Shown: positions 29,005-37,983, counted from the first letter of the stretch. The stretch: 64,000 nucleotides of DNA from an uncultured Methanosarcinales archaeon (GCA_964552945.1 CAZKIP010000004.1:25794-89793), one strand, 5' to 3'. Numbers and translations are program-made. The notes: generated by a model from the sequence alone, not told the origin.

Positions 29005-29460
29005 ATGTTATTTCATACACATATTTTGTTGGGAGTAGTAGTTTTTTTGCTAATAAAAGATTTTTTTCATGGAGGAAATCAAATTATTTTTTTCTTTTTA
29101 GTTCTGCTTGGGAGCATCCTTCCAGATATTGATGAAAGAAAAAGTAAAATTAATAGGTGGAGTGGAATTTTAGGGATAGTAATTGCTTTTTTCTTTAAGC
29201 ACAGAGGATTGTTCCATTCTATTTTGTTTCATTTGGGAATTTTTTTCATTATTTATCATTTTTTTAATTTATATTATGCGTCAGGTCTGTTTATTGGATA
29301 CTTGGCGCATGTTTTGGGAGATGGTGTAACTTTAATGGGGCTATCTTTGTTTTATCCCTTTTCAAATTTTAAAGTTAAGGGGCCGATTAAAGTAGGCGGA
29401 TTTCTTGAAAGCATTATCTTAGTTGTTCTTTTTGTTTTAATAGTTTGGCAATTTGTTTAA
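29005..29460 (+). CDS. Membrane-bound metal-dependent hydrolase (YdjM-like)
   Basis: Motifs TH, GSILPDID, HRGLFHS and GYLAHVLGD. Confidence 0.88.
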   Translation: MLFHTHILLGVVVFLLIKDFFHGGNQIIFFFLVLLGSILPDIDERKSKINRWSGILGIVIAFFFKHRGLFHSILFHLGIFFIIYHFFNLYYASGLFIGYLAHVLGDGVTLMGLSLFYPFSNFKVKGPIKVGGFLESIILVVLFVLIVWQFV

Positions 29461-29580
29461 TATCACCTAAAGATTTATATACAAGGATTTTCTCTGAAAG
29501 CTAGTTAATCTAAATAATACGAGGACGGAAAATGCCTAAATAATTCGCATTTTTGGTATTGCTTAGAAAGGAGGAATAAA

Positions 29581-29991
29581 ATGGAAGGAACAGTAAGATG
29601 GTTTAATATTAGGAAAGGATATGGTTTTGTTAAAGGAGACGACGAACAAGATTATTTTGTTCATTACACCGCAGTACCTGAAGGTAAAACTTTACGTGAA
29701 AATGATCGTGTAAGTTTTGAAGCGTCAGATACTGAACGTGGTAAGCAAGCTCAGAACATTCAACTTTTAGGTAAGAGTGCACCTGCAGAAGAAACTCCAG
29801 CTGAAGAAGCACCTGCAGAGGAAGCTCCAGCAGAAGAGGCACCTGCAGAGGAAGCTCCAGCTGAAGAGGCACCTGCAGAAGAGGCACCAGCAGAAGAGGC
29901 ACCTGCAGAGGAAACTCCAGCAGAGGAAACTCCAGCAGAAGAAGCTCCAGCAGAAGAACCTGCCGCTGAAGAGGAGAAAAAAGAAGAATAA
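29581..29991 (+). CDS. csp: Cold-shock domain protein with an acidic (A/T)PAEE repeat tail
   Basis: GTVRWFN..KGYGFV (RNP1), YFVHYT (RNP2), GKQAQNI; GGAGG RBS. Confidence 0.93.
   Translation: MEGTVRWFNIRKGYGFVKGDDEQDYFVHYTAVPEGKTLRENDRVSFEASDTERGKQAQNIQLLGKSAPAEETPAEEAPAEEAPAEEAPAEEAPAEEAPAEEAPAEEAPAEETPAEETPAEEAPAEEPAAEEEKKEE
29779..29958 (+). repeat. 12 x 15-bp coding tandem repeat encoding (A/T)PAEE
   Basis: Degenerate units such as GCACCTGCAGAAGAA, ACTCCAGCTGAAGAA and GCTCCAGCAGAAGAG, in frame within csp. Confidence 0.92.
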
Positions 29992-30015
29992 TTTTTCTTT
30001 CTTTATTTTTTATTT

Positions 30016-30744
30016 TTATTTCTTAGAGAATTCCCAAATGAAGTTGAACATCTGTCGATAAGTGTCTGCCAGGACCTTGTTTTCTATAACTATTGCCATG
30101 ATATTGCCTTCTAGAGGTAGAAGGTTAACTACCAAATTTCCACAGATGTCAATCATTCCTATGGTTTTAAATTTGTCTGGGATAAACCTTATTTGAGTTG
30201 TTTTATCTTGCCATCGCTTTAATTTGTCTTTTCTTGTAAATTCATAATACAAGACTTTCATCTTAATCTTTTGTTTTAATCTTTCCTTATTCCAAAGCTG
30301 ATGTCGGTGTTTGAGATATTTTCTATTTAGCCCAGATCCACCAAGCCCATAAACCACTGCTTTTTGTTCTAACATCATAAAATAAGCCCTCATAACTCCT
30401 TCTGGACCAAAGAATTGGTAAACCTGTTGTTTTTCTTTTTTGAGATTAAATTCCTGATTAAGTTGGGGCATTACTTGGTTCAAGACTTCTGCTTTTTGTT
30501 CTAATAATTTACTCAATTGATGAGGGTTAGCAACACGAAAGATCTTTTTAGTACCTTCCATAATGGAACTAATTAATCCTTTCTCTCTCAATCTTTCTAA
30601 TACATCATATACATTAACTCTGTGAACTCTTGATTTACGTGAGAGTTCTACTGCGGTAGCTTGATGTAGTTCTAATAAAGCGAGGTAAACTTTACTTTCG
30701 TTCTTAGTTAGCCCAGATTGGATGAGTGCTTCTTCTTTTTTCAT
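30016..30744 (-). CDS. TrmB family transcriptional regulator
   Basis: GLTKNESKVYLALLE...VYDVLERLREKGLI TrmB wHTH plus a C-terminal effector domain. Confidence 0.9.
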   Translation of the reverse strand: MKKEEALIQSGLTKNESKVYLALLELHQATAVELSRKSRVHRVNVYDVLERLREKGLISSIMEGTKKIFRVANPHQLSKLLEQKAEVLNQVMPQLNQEFNLKKEKQQVYQFFGPEGVMRAYFMMLEQKAVVYGLGGSGLNRKYLKHRHQLWNKERLKQKIKMKVLYYEFTRKDKLKRWQDKTTQIRFIPDKFKTIGMIDICGNLVVNLLPLEGNIMAIVIENKVLADTYRQMFNFIWEFSKK

Positions 30745-30784
30745 ATTGTTGTTAATTGTTAGGGGATATTTAAGTCTTTCTTTT

Positions 30785-30806
30785 TGTAGTAATAGATGTT
30801 ACTACA
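30785..30806. promoter_or_regulatory. Palindromic operator TGTAGTAA-N6-TTACTACA between divergent TATA-like boxes
   Basis: Perfect 8-bp inverted repeat directly upstream of the TrmB gene. Confidence 0.55.
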
Positions 30807-30958
30807 TTTATTTAAGTACTCTCTGGTGTATTGACTAACTAGTAGTGATTTGGAGAACTGCAATTGGATTATCCATTACTTGAAATAGCAAATTATCAAA
30901 AAAGGGATAAGTATTGGAATGAACAGAAATTAGATAAAAATATGATGGAGAATAAAGA

Positions 30959-31225
30959 ATGAAAATAAACAAGAAAACGATAGCAACATTGGCTCTTGCT
31001 TTGATAGTAGGATGTGGAAATTCAAATAAAATTGCTGGAGAAATTACAGAATGCCAAAAAACACCTGAGCATTACATTAGTACAATGGTAACAAAAGGTT
31101 ATAATGGAATCAAAGTCCAAAGACCTGGAAAAGTTATAAAGATTCAAAGCGAAAATCCTTTAAAATTGGGAAATCAAAAGGTATATTGTAGTAAATTAAC
31201 TGAGGATTATTGTCTGAAAAAATAG
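30959..31225 (+). CDS. Small putative lipoprotein
   Basis: MKINKKTIATLALALIVGC lipobox-like leader; GGAG RBS. Confidence 0.55.
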   Translation: MKINKKTIATLALALIVGCGNSNKIAGEITECQKTPEHYISTMVTKGYNGIKVQRPGKVIKIQSENPLKLGNQKVYCSKLTEDYCLKK

Positions 31226-31260
31226 ATAAGAAATAAAAAGACCAAAGCATTCATAATGCT

Positions 31261-32730
31261 ATGGAGCTTGATTCAAAACTTATTCAAAAAAAACTTTCTA
31301 AGATAAAAGGGTTCACTTTTTACAAACAGCGATTTGACGCATGTCCACATTTCATGTTTTTTTTGGGTGATGCGCATGCTTCAGATACAAATAAAAGCAA
31401 GTATCCCCTTGGACAAAGAATAACATGCGCCTATTTCTTACAAAATAAAGCTGATTGGCTTCACCCATACAGCGAATTAGAATATACTTCTAAAAAGATT
31501 CAACATTTGGCTAAATCAAACTCAAACATAGCAGAAAAGATGATTAAAGAGTTTAAACCATGGGAGATTAAATTCTATGAATTATGTAAAAAAATAGATA
31601 AAACTAACCTAAAAAAATTAGATAACAATAGGTTAATTGAGTTATATAAAGGGTTAGCAGAGATATATCTCAAAAAACTAAACCCTTCTCCATTAATCGA
31701 TGGTTTTGCTTTATCTACGGATATAGTATTGGCTAGTAAGTTAGAACTATTTTTAAAAAAGAGAGGAGAATTAAATAGATTTGTGCCATATTTTGAAACT
31801 CTTACTTCTCCAACTTTTCTTTCTTTTCTACAACAGGAAGAAGCTGATTTTTTCAAATTGATTACCAAAGGATCAAAAATCAACTCATTAAAGAAACATC
31901 AGCAGAAATATTTTTGGATTCAAAACAATTATGTTAAGGATAAAGTATTAAGTTTGAGTTTCTTTAATTCAAAATTGAAGAAGTATAAAAAAATTGATTC
32001 TCGGAAAAGGATTAAAGAATTAAAAGAGTTAGCTAGCAGAAATAAGAAGAAGAAAAACAGATTAATTAAGAAAATAGGTTTAACAAAAGAAATAATCACT
32101 CTTCTTAAAATAACTGATAAATTTAGTTATTGGCAAGATGAGCGGAAGAAAGGAACGTTCTGGGCAACACATTATTTTAGTTTATTATTAAGAGAGATTT
32201 CTAAAAGAACTAAATATACCTTAAGTGAGTTAAAATATGCAATTCCTCCTGAAATGAGTATGGTAATGGAAAATAAAATTGAAAAAAAAACATTACAGAA
32301 AAGATACAAGGGCTGTTTAATAATCTGGCAAAAAGACAAATTTGACATTACTACAAATCAGAGAGTCATAAAATCTATTCTAAACAAAAAAAGCGAGCCA
32401 ATAGAAAAAGAAATCAGAGGAATGAGTGTTTCTTTAGGGAAGGCTACTGGTCCAGTAAAAATTGTGAAAAGTGTTGAAGAAATTTCTAAAGTAAAAAAGG
32501 GAGATATCCTAGTGGCTATAATGACAAGACCTGATTATGTAATGGCGATGGAGAAAGCCGTTGGTTTTATTACTGAAGAAGGTGGTTTAACATGCCATGC
32601 TGCAATAGTTGCACGCGAATTAGGAGTTCCTTGTATTGTTGGTACGAGAATCGCTACACAAGTTTTGAAAGATGGAGATATTGTGGAATTAGATGCGAAT
32701 CATGGAGTTATTAGAAAAATAAAATCTTAA
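31261..32730 (+). CDS. PEP-utilising enzyme mobile (phospho-His) domain protein without an ATP-grasp domain
   Basis: C-terminal GKATGPVK...GDILVAIMTRPD...EEGGLTCHAAIVARELGVPCIVG. The N-terminal region is helical with no PPDK_N motifs. Confidence 0.85.
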   Translation: MELDSKLIQKKLSKIKGFTFYKQRFDACPHFMFFLGDAHASDTNKSKYPLGQRITCAYFLQNKADWLHPYSELEYTSKKIQHLAKSNSNIAEKMIKEFKPWEIKFYELCKKIDKTNLKKLDNNRLIELYKGLAEIYLKKLNPSPLIDGFALSTDIVLASKLELFLKKRGELNRFVPYFETLTSPTFLSFLQQEEADFFKLITKGSKINSLKKHQQKYFWIQNNYVKDKVLSLSFFNSKLKKYKKIDSRKRIKELKELASRNKKKKNRLIKKIGLTKEIITLLKITDKFSYWQDERKKGTFWATHYFSLLLREISKRTKYTLSELKYAIPPEMSMVMENKIEKKTLQKRYKGCLIIWQKDKFDITTNQRVIKSILNKKSEPIEKEIRGMSVSLGKATGPVKIVKSVEEISKVKKGDILVAIMTRPDYVMAMEKAVGFITEEGGLTCHAAIVARELGVPCIVGTRIATQVLKDGDIVELDANHGVIRKIKS

Positions 32731-32795
32731 TCACCCACTGGACACCTATTTTTTAAGCCTATTTTCTCATAAAAAAGAAGCCACTCCCGCACTGG

Positions 32796-32927
32796 TCAAC
32801 CACGGATAGCGCTTATAAATCGCTTCTTCTATTATACAATTGTGGTTGAAAACGGCCACGTGCCTCTCAAGCGGCCAATTTTTTGTTGCTTGATGAAATA
32901 AAAAGCGAAAAGCAAGAGGTGATATAT
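32796..32927 (+). promoter_or_regulatory. Promoter flanked by an inverted repeat, followed by a structured ~86-nt 5' leader that can sequester the RBS
   Basis: TCAACCAC (32796) ... TTATAAA (32813) ... GTGGTTGA (32842). Hairpins GTGGTTG/CGGCCAC and TCAAGCGGC/GTTGCTTGA. GCCTC is complementary to the RBS GAGGT. Confidence 0.55.
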
Positions 32928-33233
32928 ATGGCACAAAAAGTAGTAACAAAAATGAAGGAGATTCCTGAAGAGATTTTAGGAAACTTCCCTGAAAAAAAGT
33001 TTAGAGCAGGAGCGATTTCTGCTACGGTATGGTTGAATAAAGGCCATAAAGCAAATGGTGAGGAAACCGAGTATAAAACTATTTCTTTAGAAAGAAGTTA
33101 TACAGATAAGGAGGGAAAGTGGCATAGTACCAACTCTTTTCGAATAAATGATTTGCCAAAAGCGAATGTGGTCTTGAAAAAGGCTTACGAATATCTTGTT
33201 TTAAATCAACAAGATTTGTTTAGTGGTGCGTAA
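32928..33233 (+). CDS. Small conserved hypothetical protein, probable PC4/Whirly-like ssDNA-binding fold
   Basis: ATG 32928 after GAGGTG; KFRAGAISATVW.N...ERSYTDKEGKWHSTNSFRINDLPKA; directly upstream of radA. The function is inferred. Confidence 0.6.
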   Translation: MAQKVVTKMKEIPEEILGNFPEKKFRAGAISATVWLNKGHKANGEETEYKTISLERSYTDKEGKWHSTNSFRINDLPKANVVLKKAYEYLVLNQQDLFSGA

Positions 33234-33246
33234 GCACCCTTTTTTT
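33225..33246 (+). terminator. GNRA-capped hairpin plus T-tract between the ssb-like gene and radA
   Basis: GGTGC-GTAA-GCACC followed by C and T7. Confidence 0.5.
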
Positions 33247-33281
33247 AATACACAAAAAATAAAAACATAGAGGTAAATAAA

Positions 33282-34328
33282 ATGACTGAAGCAGAATTAC
33301 AATTGGAAGTTAAGATGGAAGAACCAACAAAAAAAAATCAAGAAGTAAAACAAAAAGCTAAGGAAGTAGTTTCTGAACCAAAGCAGAAAGAAACAAAGCA
33401 AAAAATTCAAGACCTTCCTGGGGTTGGAGCAGCAACTGCAGAGAAATTAGAAGGGGCAGGTTATCATGACATGATGTCTATAGCTGTGGCTACAATTGGA
33501 GAATTATGTGAAACTGCAGGAGTTTCTGAATCTGTGGCAAGAAAAATGATCAATGCGGCTCGTGACAACATGAAAATGGGTTTCGAATCCGGAATGGATA
33601 TTTTACGTAAGAGACAATTGGTAAATAAGATTTCCACCACCAGCGAAAATTTTAACAACTTAATGGGCGGAGGATTTGAAACAGGTGCTTTAACTGAATG
33701 TTTTGGAGAGTTTGGTTCCGGTAAGACCCAAATTGGCCATTTCTTAGCTGTAAGTGTATTGAAAGATTATCCTTCTTCAGTAATGGTTTATATTGATACT
33801 GAAAATACTTTCCGTCCTGAGAGAATTCGACAAATTGCAGAAGGAGCGGACCTAGATGCTGACGAAATTTTAAGTAGAATAATGGTAGCAAAGGTTTACA
33901 ACACAGACCATCAAATGTTGTTAGCGGAGAAAGTTGAAAGTTTAATAACCCAAGATAATAAAGATGTTAAATTGGTTGTAGTTGATTCTTTGACTTCTCA
34001 TTTTAGAGCAGAATTCATTGGAAGAGGAACTTTAGCAGAAAGGCAGCAGAAATTAAACCGGCATATGCACACTCTTTCTAAAATTGCTAACACCCACAAT
34101 GTTTGTGTTTATGTAACAAATCAAGTTATGGCTAAGCCTGACCAATTTTTTGGTGATCCTACAACTTCTATAGGCGGACATATCGTGGCACACGCATCTA
34201 CTTTTAGAATTTATCTTAGAAAAGGTCGGAAAGGAACAAGGGTTGCTAAGCTGATAGATGCTCCAAATCTTGCGGATGGAGAATGTTGCTTTGAAGTTAC
34301 TGAAACCAATTTAAAGGATATCAATTAA
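33282..34328 (+). CDS. radA: DNA repair and recombination protein RadA
   Basis: N-terminal HhH (DLPGVGAATAEKL), Walker A GEFGSGKT, YIDTENTFRPER, GRGTLAERQQKL. Confidence 0.97.
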   Translation: MTEAELQLEVKMEEPTKKNQEVKQKAKEVVSEPKQKETKQKIQDLPGVGAATAEKLEGAGYHDMMSIAVATIGELCETAGVSESVARKMINAARDNMKMGFESGMDILRKRQLVNKISTTSENFNNLMGGGFETGALTECFGEFGSGKTQIGHFLAVSVLKDYPSSVMVYIDTENTFRPERIRQIAEGADLDADEILSRIMVAKVYNTDHQMLLAEKVESLITQDNKDVKLVVVDSLTSHFRAEFIGRGTLAERQQKLNRHMHTLSKIANTHNVCVYVTNQVMAKPDQFFGDPTTSIGGHIVAHASTFRIYLRKGRKGTRVAKLIDAPNLADGECCFEVTETNLKDIN

Positions 34329-34403
34329 CTTTTTTCTTTATTTTTTTCTTATTTTTCTTTTTTTTCCATAACCTTTTAATAAAATAAGCCTAATTTTATA
34401 TTA

Positions 34404-35402
34404 ATGGCTTTATATTCTAAAGCAGATTTTGAACAAGCAAAAGAAGAAGGAAGACTGGTAATAGAAAATGGTTTAGACTTTGGTGCGTTTTCTTTAGATC
34501 TTAGAGTTGGAAAATTGTTTAGGAAAATCAGAGGCAGAGATGGAAACCATCAAATGAGTACTGAAGAGTTCTTGGCAAAATGTGCTGAAGAAGTATCCCT
34601 TGAAGGAGATGGAGCAGTGTTACCTCCAGGAGCGTTGTTCTATTGGCAAGCAATGGAAAGAATAAAAACCCAGGGATTACAAGGAGAAATTACATCTAGA
34701 AGTGGCTGGGCAAGGTTATCAACAAGATCAGAATCGATTGAAGATAGCTTTCGTCAACGAGGAGATTATGAGGGAAATCCACTAAGTGTCATTCTTTCTA
34801 GAGGAGCTCAAGTTAGAGTTAAAAAAGGAGATGCAGTTGCTCAACTATTTCTTCAAGATGATGCATATCCCTTTACTATACCAGGTGAAATAAATTTATT
34901 ATTAGATAAAAGAGAATTAATTGTTGAAAGGAGTGGCGAACCATCGGCAGATATTGTATATGACGAAATTCCTTTAACAATGGGCCCAGAAATTTGGATT
35001 TATGAGGGTGGAGTTTTAGAACCAGGAAAATCCTGGGAACAAAGTTTTAGAAAAGTTTCTTTAGAATCTGGAAAAATGTATTTACCGGAAGGGACTTTTT
35101 TTATCTCTTCAAGTGCAGAAATAGTTAGTATTCCTCCCGGATATGTTGGACATGTAAACGAATCTGCTTATCGAGGAGATTCTATCTTTACTACACATGC
35201 CAATGCGCCTTATGTTGGACCAAAAACTGTTTTTAATGGAAAAATAACTTTTGAAAATACAATGATGAATGGTGGAGGTAATGTAGGAGTAGGAGTAGAA
35301 CAATCAAGATTATCTTTGCGAAGACTAAAAACTCCTATTATAAAAGGAAAAAAATCCAGTTATGATGGTCAAAAAGGAGCCACTTTAAGCAGGTTATCTT
35401 AA
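34404..35402 (+). CDS. dCTP deaminase/dUTPase-superfamily protein with two tandem domains
   Basis: SLDLRVG and GEITSRSGWARL (trimeric dUTPase/DCD motif). The second half repeats the pattern (EIVSIPPGYVG, FNGKITFE, SSYDGQKGATLSRL). Confidence 0.72.
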   Translation: MALYSKADFEQAKEEGRLVIENGLDFGAFSLDLRVGKLFRKIRGRDGNHQMSTEEFLAKCAEEVSLEGDGAVLPPGALFYWQAMERIKTQGLQGEITSRSGWARLSTRSESIEDSFRQRGDYEGNPLSVILSRGAQVRVKKGDAVAQLFLQDDAYPFTIPGEINLLLDKRELIVERSGEPSADIVYDEIPLTMGPEIWIYEGGVLEPGKSWEQSFRKVSLESGKMYLPEGTFFISSSAEIVSIPPGYVGHVNESAYRGDSIFTTHANAPYVGPKTVFNGKITFENTMMNGGGNVGVGVEQSRLSLRRLKTPIIKGKKSSYDGQKGATLSRLS

Positions 35403-35523
35403 TACTATATGCAAAACATTTAAATATAATATCCACATATTTAAAGTAAAGTTAATGATTAAAAAAACCTATGAAAAAATCTAATTCTTGTTTAAACGTA
35501 GAACTACTTGGAGGTATAAATAA

Positions 35524-35850
35524 ATGAATGAAGAAGCACCAGTAAAAATGGGAGAAACGCATGACGTATTTATTAATGCAGTTGGTGGAAAAGGTGACGG
35601 AATTGCTAAAGTTAAAGGTTTTGTTTTGTTTGTCCCAAATGTTAAAAAGGGAGATTATGTAAAAGTAAGAATAACTAAAGTTTTACCAAAAGTTGGTTTT
35701 GCAGAAGTGGTTGAAAAACTAGAGAAACCGGCAAGAAAGTCAAAATTTGCATCCATTTCTAAAGAAGAATTGGATAAGATGCATGAAGAACCTGAAGAAC
35801 ACCATGACGATACAGATGATTTTGGTGCAGATTTAGATGATGAAGACTAA
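35524..35850 (+). CDS. TRAM-domain RNA chaperone with an acidic tail
   Basis: APVKMGETHDVFINAVGGKGDGIAKVKGFVLFVP...KVGFAEV; GGAGGT RBS. Confidence 0.92.
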   Translation: MNEEAPVKMGETHDVFINAVGGKGDGIAKVKGFVLFVPNVKKGDYVKVRITKVLPKVGFAEVVEKLEKPARKSKFASISKEELDKMHEEPEEHHDDTDDFGADLDDED

Positions 35851-36382
35851 AAGGATATTTGTAGGAATACCCCTCACCTCAGAAGTTAAAGAGGGGATTA
35901 AATTTATTTATGATGAAATTCTAGATACTGAAGGAGATTTTTCTTTTGTTCCTCTAAAAGGCCTTCATTTCACACTAAAATTTTTGGGAGATGTTGAAAA
36001 AGAAAAAATTACTGAAATAAAACAAACATTATCTTCTGTTAAATTAAATAAATTTTTTGTGAATTTATCTGGCATGGGCGCGTTCCCTTCTTTAGAACAT
36101 ATTAAAGTAATTTGGATTGGTTGCGAGAAGTTAACGGAGCTAATGAAAGAAATAAATTCTCTTCTATCTTATGTAAAAAAGAATGATTATGAAGAAAAAC
36201 CTCACCTAACTTTAGCTAGAGTAAAATCGGCAAAAAATAAAGAATTAATCAAGAAACTTATTGAAAATTACAAAAATAAAGACTTTGGTAATATGGAAAT
36301 AAATAAGATTGTTCTTTATGAAAGTATCCTTACTTCTGAAGGACCAATATATTCTGTATTAGAAGAGTTTCCTCTTAGTTAA
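35837..36382 (+). CDS. thpR: RNA 2',3'-cyclic phosphodiesterase (2H family)
   Basis: RIFVGI, HFTLKFLG, GAFP, PHLTLARVK, SILTSEGPIY. Confidence 0.93.
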   Translation: MMKTKRIFVGIPLTSEVKEGIKFIYDEILDTEGDFSFVPLKGLHFTLKFLGDVEKEKITEIKQTLSSVKLNKFFVNLSGMGAFPSLEHIKVIWIGCEKLTELMKEINSLLSYVKKNDYEEKPHLTLARVKSAKNKELIKKLIENYKNKDFGNMEINKIVLYESILTSEGPIYSVLEEFPLS

Positions 36383-36383
36383 T

Positions 36384-37844
36384 TTATTGATAGGGAACCA
36401 TGTTCCCCCTATTTAACCTAAAATTTGGATCCAATACTTTTTTTACATTGGCAATTTCTTCTAATCCTTCTTCTCCATACATTTGAAATAAATAAGGTTT
36501 CCCAGAAATTTGTTTTTTCCCAACTCCATGTTCTGCAGAAACAGTTCCTCCCAAAGAAACAATTTCTTGAAAAAGTTGTTTATGGATTTCAATAGCAGCT
36601 TCCAACTCTCCTTGATTTCGAGGGATTAAGTTTAGATGAAGATGGTAATCTCCAAGATGTCCAAATAAAGCAGAATTAATTTTTCCATTTCCACAGAAGG
36701 AGTCAAATTCTTCTTGAACTCTTTTGTAAGCAGCAAAAGATTCACTAAATTTTTCTGGAGAAGTGGCAAAATCTGTTGCTATTTTTCTAGTTTGATGTTG
36801 TTTAATTGTTCTGTTAATAGCTTCTGGAACAGAATGTCTTAACATTTTAATTCGCGAATCTTCCCAACCATCAATTGCTCCAGAGATTTCATAAAAATGA
36901 AGTAATAAGGAGGGAGTAAAAGAATCATCTTCAAAATATTCATACATCACTGCAGAGTTTGCACCATTTGGAATAGTTGAAGTGTTAGCTAGTGAGAGGG
37001 CTCTTTGATCAAAATATTCTAATGATAAAATGCCCTTTTCTCCATTATATCTTAAATCTCTTGCTGCATTAGCAAAGTTCATTCCGTCATTAGGGAAAAA
37101 AAACATTCCTGTAGAAATATCTCTTTTTTCATATGCTTTTAACCCTACTTCGGAGATTACTCCCAAGATTCCTTCACTGCCAATGAACAAATCGATAAGA
37201 TCTAAATCTTCTCCAGTATGAAGTCCGGCAGCATTTTTTCCTTCAAACATACGATATTTTGGAAGGGATACAGAATATTTTGTTCCAGAATCTGAAGAAA
37301 AGTCTAATTTGTAATCTTTAGCAAACACTTCTCCTCGATTAATTGAAAGAGTATCTCCATTTGCTAAAATAACTTTAAGATAAGTTACGTGGTTTCTAGT
37401 AGGGCCAAAGGAAAAAGTTCTTGATCCAGAAGCATTGGTGGCAATGGTTCCTCCTATCTGAGCAGAAAGTTCTGTAGGGTTTGGTTGATACCATAAACCA
37501 AGAGTAGAGAGGGTTCTTTCTAAGGAAGATAAAGTAAGACCGGAAGGAACAATGATTTCGTTGTCCTTTCTTAGAATTTTTCCTTCTCTTTCAAAACCGG
37601 GTCGATTTGGAAGGGAGAGGTAATTTTGCAAATTAATTATTAGGCCACCAGAAATAGGTACGGCTGCACCAGTTAAACCGCTTTGGGCACCTTGAATGGT
37701 TACCAATTCTCCCATTTCATGTGCTTCCTGTAAAATTTCTACTAAACAGGATTCATCTTTAGGAAACAAAACTCCTGTTATATTGTCAGGAGAAGCTTTT
37801 AGATTACTTTCATCTGTGAGAAAATCGGGATTAATTTCTTCCAT
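36384..37844 (-). CDS. FAD-linked oxidase (GlcD/D-lactate dehydrogenase family)
   Basis: GAQSGLTGAAVP, IGGTIATNASG, LFIGSEGILG, GHLGDYHLH, SAEHGVG, LDPNFRLNRG. Confidence 0.88.
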   Translation of the reverse strand: MEEINPDFLTDESNLKASPDNITGVLFPKDESCLVEILQEAHEMGELVTIQGAQSGLTGAAVPISGGLIINLQNYLSLPNRPGFEREGKILRKDNEIIVPSGLTLSSLERTLSTLGLWYQPNPTELSAQIGGTIATNASGSRTFSFGPTRNHVTYLKVILANGDTLSINRGEVFAKDYKLDFSSDSGTKYSVSLPKYRMFEGKNAAGLHTGEDLDLIDLFIGSEGILGVISEVGLKAYEKRDISTGMFFFPNDGMNFANAARDLRYNGEKGILSLEYFDQRALSLANTSTIPNGANSAVMYEYFEDDSFTPSLLLHFYEISGAIDGWEDSRIKMLRHSVPEAINRTIKQHQTRKIATDFATSPEKFSESFAAYKRVQEEFDSFCGNGKINSALFGHLGDYHLHLNLIPRNQGELEAAIEIHKQLFQEIVSLGGTVSAEHGVGKKQISGKPYLFQMYGEEGLEEIANVKKVLDPNFRLNRGNMVPYQ

Positions 37845-37983
37845 AATTAGGATTATTTTTGATGGCTTTTAAATTATATGAATCATAATTTTTAGATATA
37901 TTAAGCAGAATAAGAAATGATTTAAAAATTTAAAACAAACTTTTAAATATTCCTTAATATAAAGATAGGTAAGAGGTGTTATA

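Noticed and set aside
29779..29958. Regular repeats resembling a CRISPR array; overlapping ORFs 29630..29902(-) and 29777..30061(+)
   Set aside because: The 15-bp units abut with no unique spacers and vary at synonymous positions of the csp frame. The other ORFs are shadows of the repeat. No cas genes are present.
32888..32913. Hammerhead-like UUGAUGA...GAAA
   Set aside because: The intervening AAUAAAAAGC cannot form stem II, and there is no stem III with a correctly placed cleavage triplet.
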